Of a stretch of 58,104 bases of DNA, positions 1 to 10,319 are shown in pieces. The notes below the pieces were generated by a model. The model was not told the DNA's origin and did not search any database. It saw only the letters and a program-made list of their open reading frames with translations. Within the stretch, counting starts at the first letter, position 1; each line of letters opens with the position of its first letter. Both the position numbers and the translations under genes were made by a program. Source of the DNA: Pseudomonadota bacterium (lineage in GTDB: Bacteria; Bdellovibrionota_B; Oligoflexia; Oligoflexales; CAIYRB01); contig JANOTL010000067.1 of the NCBI GenBank assembly GCA_031416315.1, positions 1 through 58,104 on the forward strand, in the 5' to 3' direction.

Positions 1-138
1 CCGGCGACCGAAGAACCGGGAGTGGCACCGGTCTTCCCGCCACGGCTTCCGGAGCCCTGGAACGGCGGGCGCTTAAAATGCGCTAGCCGTGTCACCAAGG
101 CCGAGGTCCGTTGACCCCACCCCCTCCGAAGGGGAATA

Positions 139-468
139 ATGATCGAACACAATCCGGAGCTCCCGCCGATGGCCGATATGAAAGCCGCAATGCCGCCCGT
201 GACCGACGTCGCCTGCCCGATCTGCAAGAAAGGCTTCATGGCGCCAACGGAAGGTAAGTACGGCCTCTACTACACGTGCAACTCGACGGCGCAGCCCAAG
301 TGCCGCTTCAACCTCTCCTCGCGCCCCACCGGGCGGGTCTGCGACTACAAGCGCGGCGCCACCGCCGACTCGGTCTGCGGCGCCCTGATGGTCGATGGCA
401 CCAAGACGATTCCTGAACGCTGCAGCGATAAGGCTTGCCCGAACCGCAATCCGCACAAGCTAAAGTAA
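139..468 (+). CDS. Stand-alone topoisomerase-I-type C4 zinc-ribbon protein (YrdD-like)
   Basis: CPICKKGFM..EGKYGLYYTC...PKC plus a second Cys ribbon, as in the TopA zf-C4 repeats; GGGG SD-like sequence upstream. Confidence 0.75.
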   Translation: MIEHNPELPPMADMKAAMPPVTDVACPICKKGFMAPTEGKYGLYYTCNSTAQPKCRFNLSSRPTGRVCDYKRGATADSVCGALMVDGTKTIPERCSDKACPNRNPHKLK

Positions 469-487
469 AGCGGCGACGCGACGGAAC

Positions 488-519
488 TCGCTGGTTACGT
501 TTGTAAACCGGCGATATTT
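488..519 (+). terminator. Hairpin: terminator of the Zn-ribbon gene or dyad enhancer site for the downstream sigma54 promoter
   Basis: TCGCTGGTTAC-GTTT-GTAAACCGGCGA imperfect stem followed by TATTT. Confidence 0.35.
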
Positions 520-572
520 GCCGCGTTCTCGAAATCGACAAGAAGATCGCGGGCCTCAGGTCCGAGCCGTCC

Positions 573-588
573 TGGCACGAAGACTGCT
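573..588 (+). promoter_or_regulatory. Sigma54 -24/-12 promoter
   Basis: TGGCACGAAGACTGCT (GG-N10-GC), 34 nt upstream of ATG 623. Confidence 0.65.
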
Positions 589-622
589 CTAAGCACGTCG
601 ACTCGACCGGGGAGGTACAAAG

Positions 623-1279
623 ATGTCGTTCTTCTCACACCTACTCGCCACCCTCGCGCTCATGGTCGCTTCGACCAGCGCTTTCGCCCAGACTCGCCAC
701 TACATGGTCATGTTCGCCGCCGAAGGCAGCCCGAGCACGGCCCGGACGTCGCATACCTTCGCGACTTTCGTCCGTGAAGACGGCGGCCGCATCGTCGAAG
801 AGAAGACGATCAGCTGGCTGCCCCAGGAGGGATACTTCGGCCCCAACTACACGATGCCGCCGCTCGCCATCGTCCCGGGCCACAACTACACGCTCGACCA
901 GACGATGGCCCGCTCGCCCGGCCGCCGCACGAGCTTCTGGGGTCCGTACGAGATCTCGACCAACTTCTATCGCGCCGCCTCGAACCGCGTCGCCTACCTG
1001 AACCGCGCGGAGACCTCTTACAAGATGATGAACTTGGTGCGCGGTCGCCTGCGGGATGCCCCGCTCCGCAACCAACCGGGCGGCGCCATCAACTGCATCA
1101 TGGCGGTCAGCGACCTCGCCGGTTACATCGAGACCGGAACGGCGTGGGGAGTCGACGCCAGCTCGCAGGTGCTGGGATATTTCCGCCCCTACGTGCTCGA
1201 CAACATGACCCACGGTCCCGTCGTCGCACACCCGGACGTGGCACAGCGGATGAACCTGTACCGTCGCATCGGTCGCTGA
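623..1279 (+). CDS. Secreted hypothetical protein
   Basis: Signal peptide ending AFA; GGAGG SD; SHTFATF and NCI motifs. Confidence 0.75.
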   Translation: MSFFSHLLATLALMVASTSAFAQTRHYMVMFAAEGSPSTARTSHTFATFVREDGGRIVEEKTISWLPQEGYFGPNYTMPPLAIVPGHNYTLDQTMARSPGRRTSFWGPYEISTNFYRAASNRVAYLNRAETSYKMMNLVRGRLRDAPLRNQPGGAINCIMAVSDLAGYIETGTAWGVDASSQVLGYFRPYVLDNMTHGPVVAHPDVAQRMNLYRRIGR

Positions 1280-1282
1280 GGC

Positions 1283-1924
1283 TTAGTGGGTCACTTCCGG
1301 CCCCGCCGTCGCCCCAGGCGTCCGGTCCCGCTGGCGGTCCGCGATCAAGTTCAGCTTGTGACGGGCCGACTGTAGAGTCTGACGCAGCGAATCCGCATTG
1401 CGCTCCAGGTCCTTCATGTTGGCCTCGCGCGCATCTTCCATGAGCTTGCGCGCTTCCTCGACCAAAACGCCCATTTGGACGTTGAAGTCGGGCATGCGGC
1501 TCTCGATGACCGCGCGGTCCTCGTCCGTCACGTCGGCGCCGTTCTGATTCTTCAGTGACGCGACCGCGACGTTGATCTGCTTCACCATTTCACCGAGCGT
1601 CTTGAAGCGCTCCATCATCGCCTCCGCCTCGCGATGCCGCGTCTGGATCTGGAGCGCGCGCTCGCACACGAGTTTCGCCGCCTCCTCACTTCGCTGGCGG
1701 GCTTCGTCAAGCGTCCGGGAGAGCCCTTGCATCCCGAGCGCCATGCGCTCGTTGCACGAATCGATCTCGACCAAAAGCGTCCGGCCGCGCTCGAGCCCCT
1801 TATCCGTGCCGATCGAGAGGCGCTCGATCTCGCGAGCCAAGCGCTCGAACTCGGCGAACTCGACGTCGAGGGCTAGCGCGGCTTCGCCGAAGGCGGACAA
1901 ATCTTTGGGCTTGGTGGTGCTCAT
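1283..1924 (-). CDS. Coiled-coil hypothetical protein
   Basis: 213 aa, heptad-like E/R/L/A-rich helices; GGAGG SD. Confidence 0.75.
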   Translation of the reverse strand: MSTTKPKDLSAFGEAALALDVEFAEFERLAREIERLSIGTDKGLERGRTLLVEIDSCNERMALGMQGLSRTLDEARQRSEEAAKLVCERALQIQTRHREAEAMMERFKTLGEMVKQINVAVASLKNQNGADVTDEDRAVIESRMPDFNVQMGVLVEEARKLMEDAREANMKDLERNADSLRQTLQSARHKLNLIADRQRDRTPGATAGPEVTH

Positions 1925-1985
1925 GGACGGGTTCCTCCAGGCAGACGGCTAACCCGAACTTCATGGCGAGGGCAAGCCTGAAGAC

Positions 1986-2001
1986 TGGCCCACCGTTTGC
2001 A
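1986..2001 (+). promoter_or_regulatory. Sigma54 -24/-12 promoter
   Basis: TGGCCCACCGTTTGCA directly upstream of ATG 2021. Confidence 0.55.
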
Positions 2002-2020
2002 CCATTCCGTAGGTCACGTA

Positions 2021-2287
2021 ATGGAGACGAAACTCATGATTCCACAGCTCCTTCTCACCGCCCCGCGGCTCTTCTACGGGGAAGTCGACGTGCATCGCCA
2101 CCTTCCCCACATCGTTGGCAAAGACGGCTTCCTCGACGACGAGTACGACCTCCACAACCCGCAAGGCAGCGCCTGGGGACGTCGCAACTATGGGGGCTCC
2201 AGTTATCAGTCGGGCATGCCCAAGCTCTCGCCCGGGGAATACCCGAATGCGACGAAGGACATTCCGAATCCGTTCAGCGCGAGTTGA
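2021..2287 (+). CDS. Small hypothetical protein (88 aa)
   Basis: ATG at 2021 (METKLM...), natural-looking composition, fills a gap, preceded by a sigma54 motif. Confidence 0.5.
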   Translation: METKLMIPQLLLTAPRLFYGEVDVHRHLPHIVGKDGFLDDEYDLHNPQGSAWGRRNYGGSSYQSGMPKLSPGEYPNATKDIPNPFSAS

Positions 2288-3134
2288 TGATGTTGAAGAA
2301 GCCGTTCGTGAGGACGACGCCGTCGGCTTTTGCGACGGCCGGCGACACGAGATCAATCCAGCCCTGAAAGCGGAAACCGTCCGGACCACCGATCTCTGCG
2401 ACGGGTAAGCCGTTACCGAAGCTCGTCAGCGTGATGCCGAAGACGTCGAAGTCTTTAAAGCTGACGGGGAAGTCGGCGAAGCGTGGCTCGACCGGATCGT
2501 CTGCGGTCACACGCACCGTGTTGGTCCCGTAGGTGAAGCGACCGTCCCAGTTACCGCCCGGCCCAGGGAAGAACTCGAAGAGGACGCTACCGTCGGGCTG
2601 AGGCGTGATCTTGTAACCTTCGCCCATCGCGCCTTGCAGGAGCGCGACGTCGCCTTCGATAAAGGTTATGGGGGTTCCGTTCGGAAGGATCGACTCGACC
2701 ACGAAAGTCGAGGCGCCCGCGAAAAAAGCGCCGTTGATGCGGACCGCGACCGGATCGCCCGTCTGATAATCGGTCCTCTGCGCTTCCACAAGGCCCGCGC
2801 TCGCCGTGGTCGTCTGGTCGATCGGCGGCGGGCCGGAGCCGTTGCCGGGCGTGATCGAAGCTGGCGGCGCGACCGGGGTCACTGGCGTGTCGACCACGGA
2901 CTCGTCGGGCGGCGGCTCGAATGCGGGCGGCTGCGTCATGGGACCGACGGGAGTCGCCGGCGGCGTGATCGGCTTCGGCGCCACGGGCAGCGGTACTTTG
3001 ACGCCAGACTGGGACTTCGTGCCGATTTTCGACTCGCAGGCTATGCCACCGCCGCAAGCGAGCAACGCAATCAGCGCGACGGATTTACCGGATACCAGAG
3101 CCACGGGGGGGGACGCCCTCCTGCGAGGAATCAT
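2274..3134 (-). CDS. Putative lipoprotein with Pro-rich linker and beta-rich C-terminal domain
   Basis: Hydrophobic stretch with LLAC/GIAC lipobox; Pro/Thr linker; start chosen at ATG 3134 after GGAAGG. Confidence 0.65.
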   Translation of the reverse strand: MIPRRRASPPVALVSGKSVALIALLACGGGIACESKIGTKSQSGVKVPLPVAPKPITPPATPVGPMTQPPAFEPPPDESVVDTPVTPVAPPASITPGNGSGPPPIDQTTTASAGLVEAQRTDYQTGDPVAVRINGAFFAGASTFVVESILPNGTPITFIEGDVALLQGAMGEGYKITPQPDGSVLFEFFPGPGGNWDGRFTYGTNTVRVTADDPVEPRFADFPVSFKDFDVFGITLTSFGNGLPVAEIGGPDGFRFQGWIDLVSPAVAKADGVVLTNGFFNIINSR

Positions 3135-3219
3135 CCCTTCCTGTCGGTACCCTGAGCCAAATTCTGTAGACCGGCGCAACGACAGAAGATCCCCCGAAGA
3201 TTCCAGGGGCTTGCAGCGC

Positions 3220-3942
3220 TTACTTCAGGCCGGCGTAGACCCGGTGAACGTCGTCGTTGTCGTCGATATCACCCAGGAACGATTCGACTTCCTTGCGGGC
3301 CTCGCCTTCGAGCTCGACGAAGCTCTTGGGTCGGTAGCTGAGCTCCGACTTCGACACGGCCCAACCGCGCTCGGTGAGCGCTTTGTTCACCGAGTCGAGG
3401 TCGGTCGGCTCCGTATAAAAACGACCGCCGGTATGACCCGCTTCGACCTCTTCGTCCTCGAGCTTCTCGACGTCTTGCGCGCCGGCTTCGATCGCCGCTT
3501 CCTCGTAATCGGTCTTCCCATTCTTGTGCGTCGCTTCGATGACGCCCAGGCGATCGAACAAGAACGTGATCGAGCCAGGAGATCCCAGCGTTCCCTTGCG
3601 GAACAGCGCGCGCACGTCGGAGGCCGTACGGTTCTTGTTGTCCGTCAGGCATTCGACGATGACCGGCACTTTGTGCGGACCGAAGCCTTCGTAGAAGACC
3701 GTGTCGTAGTTCACGGTCTCGTCGGTGAGCCCCGAGCCCTTTTTGATCGCGCGCTCGATCGTGTCCCGTGGGCAGGACTGCTTGCGTGCGGCTTCGATGG
3801 CCGCGCGAAGACGGGCGTTGTTTTCAGGATGCGGGTCGCCCAAGCGTGCGGCGACGGCGATCTCTTTGGCCAGCTTGCCGAAGATCAGTCCACGGCGGAC
3901 CGCCGAGTCTTGGCGTCCGGCGTGTTTCCATTGCGCTCCCAT
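3220..3942 (-). CDS. yebC: YebC/PmpR family protein
   Basis: MGAQWKH...IERAIKKG...YEGFGP...VECLTDNKNRT...DDVHRVY signature, 240 aa. Confidence 0.95.
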   Translation of the reverse strand: MGAQWKHAGRQDSAVRRGLIFGKLAKEIAVAARLGDPHPENNARLRAAIEAARKQSCPRDTIERAIKKGSGLTDETVNYDTVFYEGFGPHKVPVIVECLTDNKNRTASDVRALFRKGTLGSPGSITFLFDRLGVIEATHKNGKTDYEEAAIEAGAQDVEKLEDEEVEAGHTGGRFYTEPTDLDSVNKALTERGWAVSKSELSYRPKSFVELEGEARKEVESFLGDIDDNDDVHRVYAGLK

Positions 3943-3990
3943 GGAGAGCCTCCTTCGTGACGTTCCTAGGCGAAGGAGCTTAGCAAACCA

Positions 3991-5235
<1,245 letters not shown>

Positions 5236-5358
5236 TTACGCCCAAGGTTAGGGCGCCGGGCGTCAGCTTTTTGAGCACTTCGTCTCGGCGGAATTCAGTC
5301 GGCGACTTAGACGTGGTTCACGCCGTCGACATTCTCGATCTCCGTCTTCGGCGCGCAT

Positions 5359-7227
5359 TCAAGGGGCTTTGCCGCGACGTAAGGCGTATCGAGTACTTCG
5401 CCCCTTCCCCAGACGGCGCACCAAGCCCCGGTCGTGCAGTCCCGCGAAGTCGCGCGAGGCGGTGATGCGGCTGATGCCGAAGAGCGCGACGCCGTCGGCA
5501 GGCCCTAAGGCGCGCTCGCGGACCAGCTCGGTCAGAATCGCGACTTGGCGCCAGTTGAGCTCGGAATCCTCGAGCGCGGGAGCATCCACGTCAGGCAGAA
5601 GGTGCTCGCGCGGCGCCTGAGGATGAACGTAGATGCGCACGCCGTCTTGCCACACGTAGCCGCCAGCTGAAGCGACGAGCCAGTCGCGACACGCAGCCCG
5701 GGCGCCGAGTGCTTTGCGCAGCCGGTTCACCAAGGCGTAAACGAGCGGATCGTGACGCAACGAGTGATAATCGTAGCCCCACAGCAGCTCGACGAGCTCC
5801 CGTTTGGAGCGCGAGCCGTGTGACAGCGTCACCGCGAGCTTCTTCATCGCCTCGGAGACCGGCTCCTCAGAGACGGCGACGTTGCCGCGGTCCAGCACGA
5901 GGATCTTCCCGGGCAGGACGTCGACGCAGACCGCCTGCGCGCCGAGGGGCAAAGGCAGCATCTCCACGATCAGTCCTAGAAGCCCTGAGCTCGTCATCGC
6001 GGCGAAGTCGCCGGCGTTCGAGCGGTAACCGCGCGCGGCGCGGTGGCGCAAATCACCGGTCGGATCGTCTCCCGCGAGCGTCGGCGTACCGGCTCCCGTC
6101 TCGCGCCAGAGAATGTTGCGCGCCACGCCGGAGCCGATGCGCGCCGTAAGCCGCGCGATCTGGGGATCGGCGGCCGCGAAGCGCGGCTCGCCGCGCGCCC
6201 GCTCGAGCTTGCGACGCAGGCCCAAGATCATCAACGTGTATTCGAGGTCGTAGGCCGGATCGAGCGCGCGCTCGGCGTCGCGGAGAAAGGCGGCGCCGTC
6301 CTCGAGGCGCCCCGACAGATAGCGGTTGTTCGCCAGCCGGTGCAGGAGCATCGCTTTTTGCCGGCGATGGCCGGCCTTAAGCACGACGCTACCGGCGCGC
6401 TCCAGAAAGGCGTCGGAACGGTCGAGCTCGCCGCGGAGCGTCAGCTGGCGTGCGAGCTCGATCTCGGCGCTGGCGCGTGAGAAGTTGTCCTGCGCCGAGA
6501 AGCTCTTCACCAGCGCCTCTTGGCGCGCGACGCCCTCGACGCCATCCAGCCCCGTGGCGGCGCGCGAGTTCGCGACCGATGCCGAGATGCTTGCCGCGAG
6601 GCCAGCGAATTCCAGGCGTTTGGCGCGCGCCATCGCGTCCTCCCAGGTCGCGATCGCCTGCGCGATCTCTCCGCGGCGGAACTGCGTGTGACCCATGAGG
6701 TCGCGCGCGATCGCCATGCCATAGGCATAGCCGATCGATAGGGCCGCCGAGAAAGCGCGCTGGGCGGCCGCGAAGGCGACCGGATAGCGGCACTGGAAGA
6801 AGCGGAAGAACGCGACGCCTTGGTACGCGAAAAAGCGGCCTTCACCCATGAGCCTCCCGGCACGCACATCAGCAAGATTCTGCGTGACGTGCTTCAACGC
6901 CTCTTCGTAGCGGGAGACGCGCGCGAGCCCGACCGCCAAATAGAACCGGGTCGCGCCTAAGTCCTCCGGATCGATCTCGCCTCGCTCGCCGTCGCGCTGG
7001 AAGAGCGTCAGGGCCTCGTCGATCCGCCCGGCGAGCGCCGCGGCGCCGACAACGTAGCGCGACCACGAGAGCGGGTAGCTCACGTCGTCGCGCTCGAGCG
7101 TCGCGGCCAGGATCGGTTTGAGGTCGACGCGCTCGAAGGCAGCGCGCAGGTCGGCAAGCTTCATCACCCAAAAGTACCGCACCCCCTGCCCGATTGCCTC
7201 CGCCCCCTTCGCGCCCTCTGCGGTCAA
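5359..7227 (-). CDS. TPR-repeat transcriptional regulator with OmpR-type winged helix and C-terminal DeoR/Fic-like HTH
   Basis: Helical repeat N-region; SKRELVELLWGY..LVYALVNRLRKALG (Trans_reg_C-like); LNWRQ..FGISRITASRDF..GKGRSTRY. Confidence 0.75.
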   Translation of the reverse strand: MTAEGAKGAEAIGQGVRYFWVMKLADLRAAFERVDLKPILAATLERDDVSYPLSWSRYVVGAAALAGRIDEALTLFQRDGERGEIDPEDLGATRFYLAVGLARVSRYEEALKHVTQNLADVRAGRLMGEGRFFAYQGVAFFRFFQCRYPVAFAAAQRAFSAALSIGYAYGMAIARDLMGHTQFRRGEIAQAIATWEDAMARAKRLEFAGLAASISASVANSRAATGLDGVEGVARQEALVKSFSAQDNFSRASAEIELARQLTLRGELDRSDAFLERAGSVVLKAGHRRQKAMLLHRLANNRYLSGRLEDGAAFLRDAERALDPAYDLEYTLMILGLRRKLERARGEPRFAAADPQIARLTARIGSGVARNILWRETGAGTPTLAGDDPTGDLRHRAARGYRSNAGDFAAMTSSGLLGLIVEMLPLPLGAQAVCVDVLPGKILVLDRGNVAVSEEPVSEAMKKLAVTLSHGSRSKRELVELLWGYDYHSLRHDPLVYALVNRLRKALGARAACRDWLVASAGGYVWQDGVRIYVHPQAPREHLLPDVDAPALEDSELNWRQVAILTELVRERALGPADGVALFGISRITASRDFAGLHDRGLVRRLGKGRSTRYALRRGKAP

Positions 7228-7838
7228 ACCTTTCCGGCCTCCACCGCCGCCCGAATCTCAGGCCCGAGCTTCGCCCGCGCTCTCGTCAAACGCGCCGACA
7301 CCGTGCCCACCGGCTCGCCCGTCTTCGCGCAGATCTCTTTCAAGGACAGGCCGTCGCGATAGAACCACGCCAGCTCTTTGCCGCCCGGGCGGCCTTCGAC
7401 CAGCGCCAGGGCTGCGCCGAGGCTGGCGAGCGCCGCGTCGTGCTCGACGTCGGAGCTCCAGAGACGGCTCTCGTAGCCGCCGATGTCCTCGCCGGCGCTC
7501 TCGGTTTTGCGGAAAGAGGCGCGCCGGAAGCGGTCGATCGCGATGCAGCGGATCGCCGAGCAGAGGTAGGAGCGAGCGCCTTCGATGGACGGGAAAGCGC
7601 CAGCTTCGAGGAAGCGCACGAAGGCTTCCTGGACCGCGTCGTCGACGTCGCCGGCCGGGAGACCAACCTTGCGCGCTAGGCCGCGGAGCATCGGGGCCGC
7701 TTCGCGGTAGACCAGGTCGGCCGGCAGGCCTTGGACCTTCGGGACCAAGCTCAGGGCCGGAGCCCGGGCGGCGGTGGTGACGGTCGCATCGGCGAAGGCA
7801 ACGGCGACGTTCAGAATTTTGGCATGCGAGGGGCCCAT
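7224..7838 (-). CDS. ECF (group 4) sigma-70 factor
   Basis: Region 2 DDAVQEAF..YL..AIDRFRR; region 4 GLSLKEIC...PVGTVSARLTRAR; GGAG SD before ATG 7838. Confidence 0.9.
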   Translation of the reverse strand: MGPSHAKILNVAVAFADATVTTAARAPALSLVPKVQGLPADLVYREAAPMLRGLARKVGLPAGDVDDAVQEAFVRFLEAGAFPSIEGARSYLCSAIRCIAIDRFRRASFRKTESAGEDIGGYESRLWSSDVEHDAALASLGAALALVEGRPGGKELAWFYRDGLSLKEICAKTGEPVGTVSARLTRARAKLGPEIRAAVEAGKV

Positions 7839-7980
7839 GGCTATCTCCAATAGCTTGAAAGGATTGATTTTGTGTTTGCGTCCGGGGCTTCGGTGGGCGC
7901 TTGCTAGCGGCGTTTCCCTCGGCTTGAACCCAAGATATCAAGCCGCGCTAAATAGCTGAATATACTAACTCTTGTAGTAT

Positions 7981-7996
7981 TTGATACGTATTGATA
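7981..7996. promoter_or_regulatory. Tandem TTGATA direct repeat (10-bp period) in an AT-rich divergent promoter region
   Basis: TTGATAcgtaTTGATA; GATATC-type words also near 7935 and 8069. Confidence 0.4.
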
Positions 7997-8122
7997 TGTT
8001 TACGCGGGAAAAATAGTCTGCAGCGTCTGAGCCTTTCGCGCGTTCCCTTACGCGTTAGTCTTGAAATCGATATCGAGACCGGTTAAAAAGCCCATCGATC
8101 AATAGAACTGAAGGGGGTCATA

Positions 8123-8986
8123 ATGAAACGTCTTACTTTGGCATGCGGTCTGCTCGCCGCGGCGCCCGCCAATGCCGCGGACCTCTATGCCGTCTACTCG
8201 TGGATCCCCAATCCGCAGACGCGCAACCAGTACCCGTCCATCGAGCAAGACGACGTCAAGGATCACCCGATCGCCAAGCTCAAGCTTGCGAAGCGCCCGA
8301 ACGACGGAACGCTGAGCGCCGGCAAGTGGACGCTGGAGCTGACCCTTCCCGACACGATGACGGGCGGCACATCGTCCGTCGCGACGCTCGAGCAGTCCGG
8401 CAACGTCATGGAAAGCGGCGCCTATCGCATGGCCGGCCCCGTCGGCAAAATGGACTGCTACATCGACGAGACCGACCTCGGCAGCACCAGCTGCGAGAAT
8501 CTCGAGCTCACCGGCCTTCCGGGCACGCAGCAAGAGCGCGTGGCGTTCAAGAACAAATACTACAAAGGCACGACGCTCGAAGAAGGCATGGATGCGCAGG
8601 CTCGCATCATGCACAGCGAGCCCTTCGGCGACCTCAACTTCCGCGAGTACGACGAGTACTCGAGCTGGGCGCTCACCTACAGCGGCGCCTGGAATTCCCG
8701 CTATCAGACGCCGAACGGCAACTGGGTCGACGCGCCGATGCGCCTGAACGCCGAAGGCGGCGCCTACCATCCCGCGGGCAACCAGGGTGGCGTCTTCCGC
8801 GACGTCTACTGGGACACCGAGACGCAGACGCTCTTCATTGAATGGGAGTTCGGTCCGTCCGGCGCCGCGCGCGGCTGGGTCGAGCTGAAGCCGATGAACG
8901 GCAACGCCCTGCAAGGTAGCTGGGGTCGATGGGACGAGGACGGCAGCCGCGGTCCGGTCGTCGGTCAGTGGAACGCGACGCGCTGA
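8123..8986 (+). CDS. Secreted hypothetical protein
   Basis: Signal peptide ending ANA; GGGGG SD; TTGAAA-N17-TAAAAA upstream; Trp-rich beta C-terminal domain. Confidence 0.8.
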   Translation: MKRLTLACGLLAAAPANAADLYAVYSWIPNPQTRNQYPSIEQDDVKDHPIAKLKLAKRPNDGTLSAGKWTLELTLPDTMTGGTSSVATLEQSGNVMESGAYRMAGPVGKMDCYIDETDLGSTSCENLELTGLPGTQQERVAFKNKYYKGTTLEEGMDAQARIMHSEPFGDLNFREYDEYSSWALTYSGAWNSRYQTPNGNWVDAPMRLNAEGGAYHPAGNQGGVFRDVYWDTETQTLFIEWEFGPSGAARGWVELKPMNGNALQGSWGRWDEDGSRGPVVGQWNATR

Positions 8987-9020
8987 GGCATCGGGCCGCG
9001 CTCGCGCCTCGGACCTTGCC

Positions 9021-10181
9021 TCAGAGCGGCAGCGTCAGGACGAAAGTGCTGCCCTCGCCCACCGTGCTGCGGCGCAGCGTCAGATCCCCGTTCATCGCCT
9101 GCGCCAGCTTGCGCGCGATCGCAAGCCCGAGGCCGCTGCCGCCGTGTCGACGCGAGGTCGACGCGTCGACCTGCACGAAGGGCTGGAAGATCGCCTCCTG
9201 GCACTCCGGCGGAATCCCCGGGCCGCTGTCGCGCACCGCGACCTCCAGCGTCCCGTTCTCCGCGCTCACGGAGAGCGTCACGTCGCCCTTCGCGGTGAAC
9301 TTCACCGCGTTGTCGGCGAGGTTCAAGATGATCTGCCGGAAGCGCAGGGCGTCGCCCTCGACGATCTCCGGCACTGGGAGGGCGATGTCCAAGCTCAGCG
9401 TGACCTGCTTCGCGTCCGCCCGTGGCCGCAAGAGCGCGATGACCTCCGTCAACGCCTCGCGCACGCGGAAAGGCCGGCGCTCGATGCGCAGGAGACCTGC
9501 TTCCACCTTCGACAGATCGAGGATCTCGTTCACGAGCGCGAGCAAGTGATCGCCGTTGCGGCGGATCGCGGCGGCGAACGCGCGCCGGCTGTCGTCCGTG
9601 GTGTCCTCGTCGCCGAGCAAGTCGGCGAAGCCTAGGATCGCGGTGAGCGGCGTGCGGATCTCGTGGCTCATGTTGGCGAGGAAGTTCGACTTCGCGGCGT
9701 TGCCGCGCTCGGCCAATTCGCGAGCGCGCTCGGCGTGCTCGACCGACTCCTTCAACGGCGTCACGTCGGAGAGCGCGCCGATGAGATAGAGCGGCGCGCC
9801 GTTGCCGTCGACGAACATCTGCGCGCGCTTCTTCAGCCAGCGCACGCGCCCGTCAGGAAGCACGACGCGGAGCTCGGTGTCGACCTCGGAGCGTCGCTCG
9901 GGGGCGTCGAGGAGATCCTGCATCACGGAGTCGACGCGCTCGCGGTCTTCGGGATGCAAAAGCTCGAGAAGCCCGTGCCAGCCGAATGGCGCATGCTCGA
10001 GATCGCGGCCGAAAAGGCGCGCCAAATTCGCGTCCCACTCCAGCTCGTCGCGGCGCACGTCCCAGCGAAACGTGCCGGTGCGCGAGACGTCGAGAGCCGT
10101 CTGCAAGCGCGCGCGATCCTCCGCCGGTCGGCCGACGAGGCGTCGCAGAAAGCTTTGTCCGGAATCGTCTCTGAGTTGCAT
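9021..10181 (-). CDS. Cytoplasmic PAS-domain sensor histidine kinase
   Basis: PAS_3 (HPEDRERV), H-box [15 protein letters not shown] boxes NAVKFT, DSGPGI, GGSGLGL; ORF track extends to 10328, start uncertain. Confidence 0.9.
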   Translation of the reverse strand: MQLRDDSGQSFLRRLVGRPAEDRARLQTALDVSRTGTFRWDVRRDELEWDANLARLFGRDLEHAPFGWHGLLELLHPEDRERVDSVMQDLLDAPERRSEVDTELRVVLPDGRVRWLKKRAQMFVDGNGAPLYLIGALSDVTPLKESVEHAERARELAERGNAAKSNFLANMSHEIRTPLTAILGFADLLGDEDTTDDSRRAFAAAIRRNGDHLLALVNEILDLSKVEAGLLRIERRPFRVREALTEVIALLRPRADAKQVTLSLDIALPVPEIVEGDALRFRQIILNLADNAVKFTAKGDVTLSVSAENGTLEVAVRDSGPGIPPECQEAIFQPFVQVDASTSRRHGGSGLGLAIARKLAQAMNGDLTLRRSTVGEGSTFVLTLPL

Positions 10182-10263
10182 TGGGCCCCCCTTGGCTCCA
10201 AGGTCTCGCAACCGATCGTATAGCGAGAATTGGTCGTTAGGGGGAGTGAAGTTTCTTCTATCT

Positions 10264-10290
10264 CCAGGAAAATTGGCATTCTGCCGATAA
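10264..10290 (+). promoter_or_regulatory. FliA (sigma28)-like promoter
   Basis: CCAGG-N14-GCCGATAA (perfect -10). Confidence 0.4.
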
Positions 10291-10319
10291 GGTTTCGAAG
10301 CTCCTGAAATTTCGGGAGG

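Noticed and set aside
1..138. Possible 3' end of an upstream gene
   Set aside because: Too short to assign a frame or product
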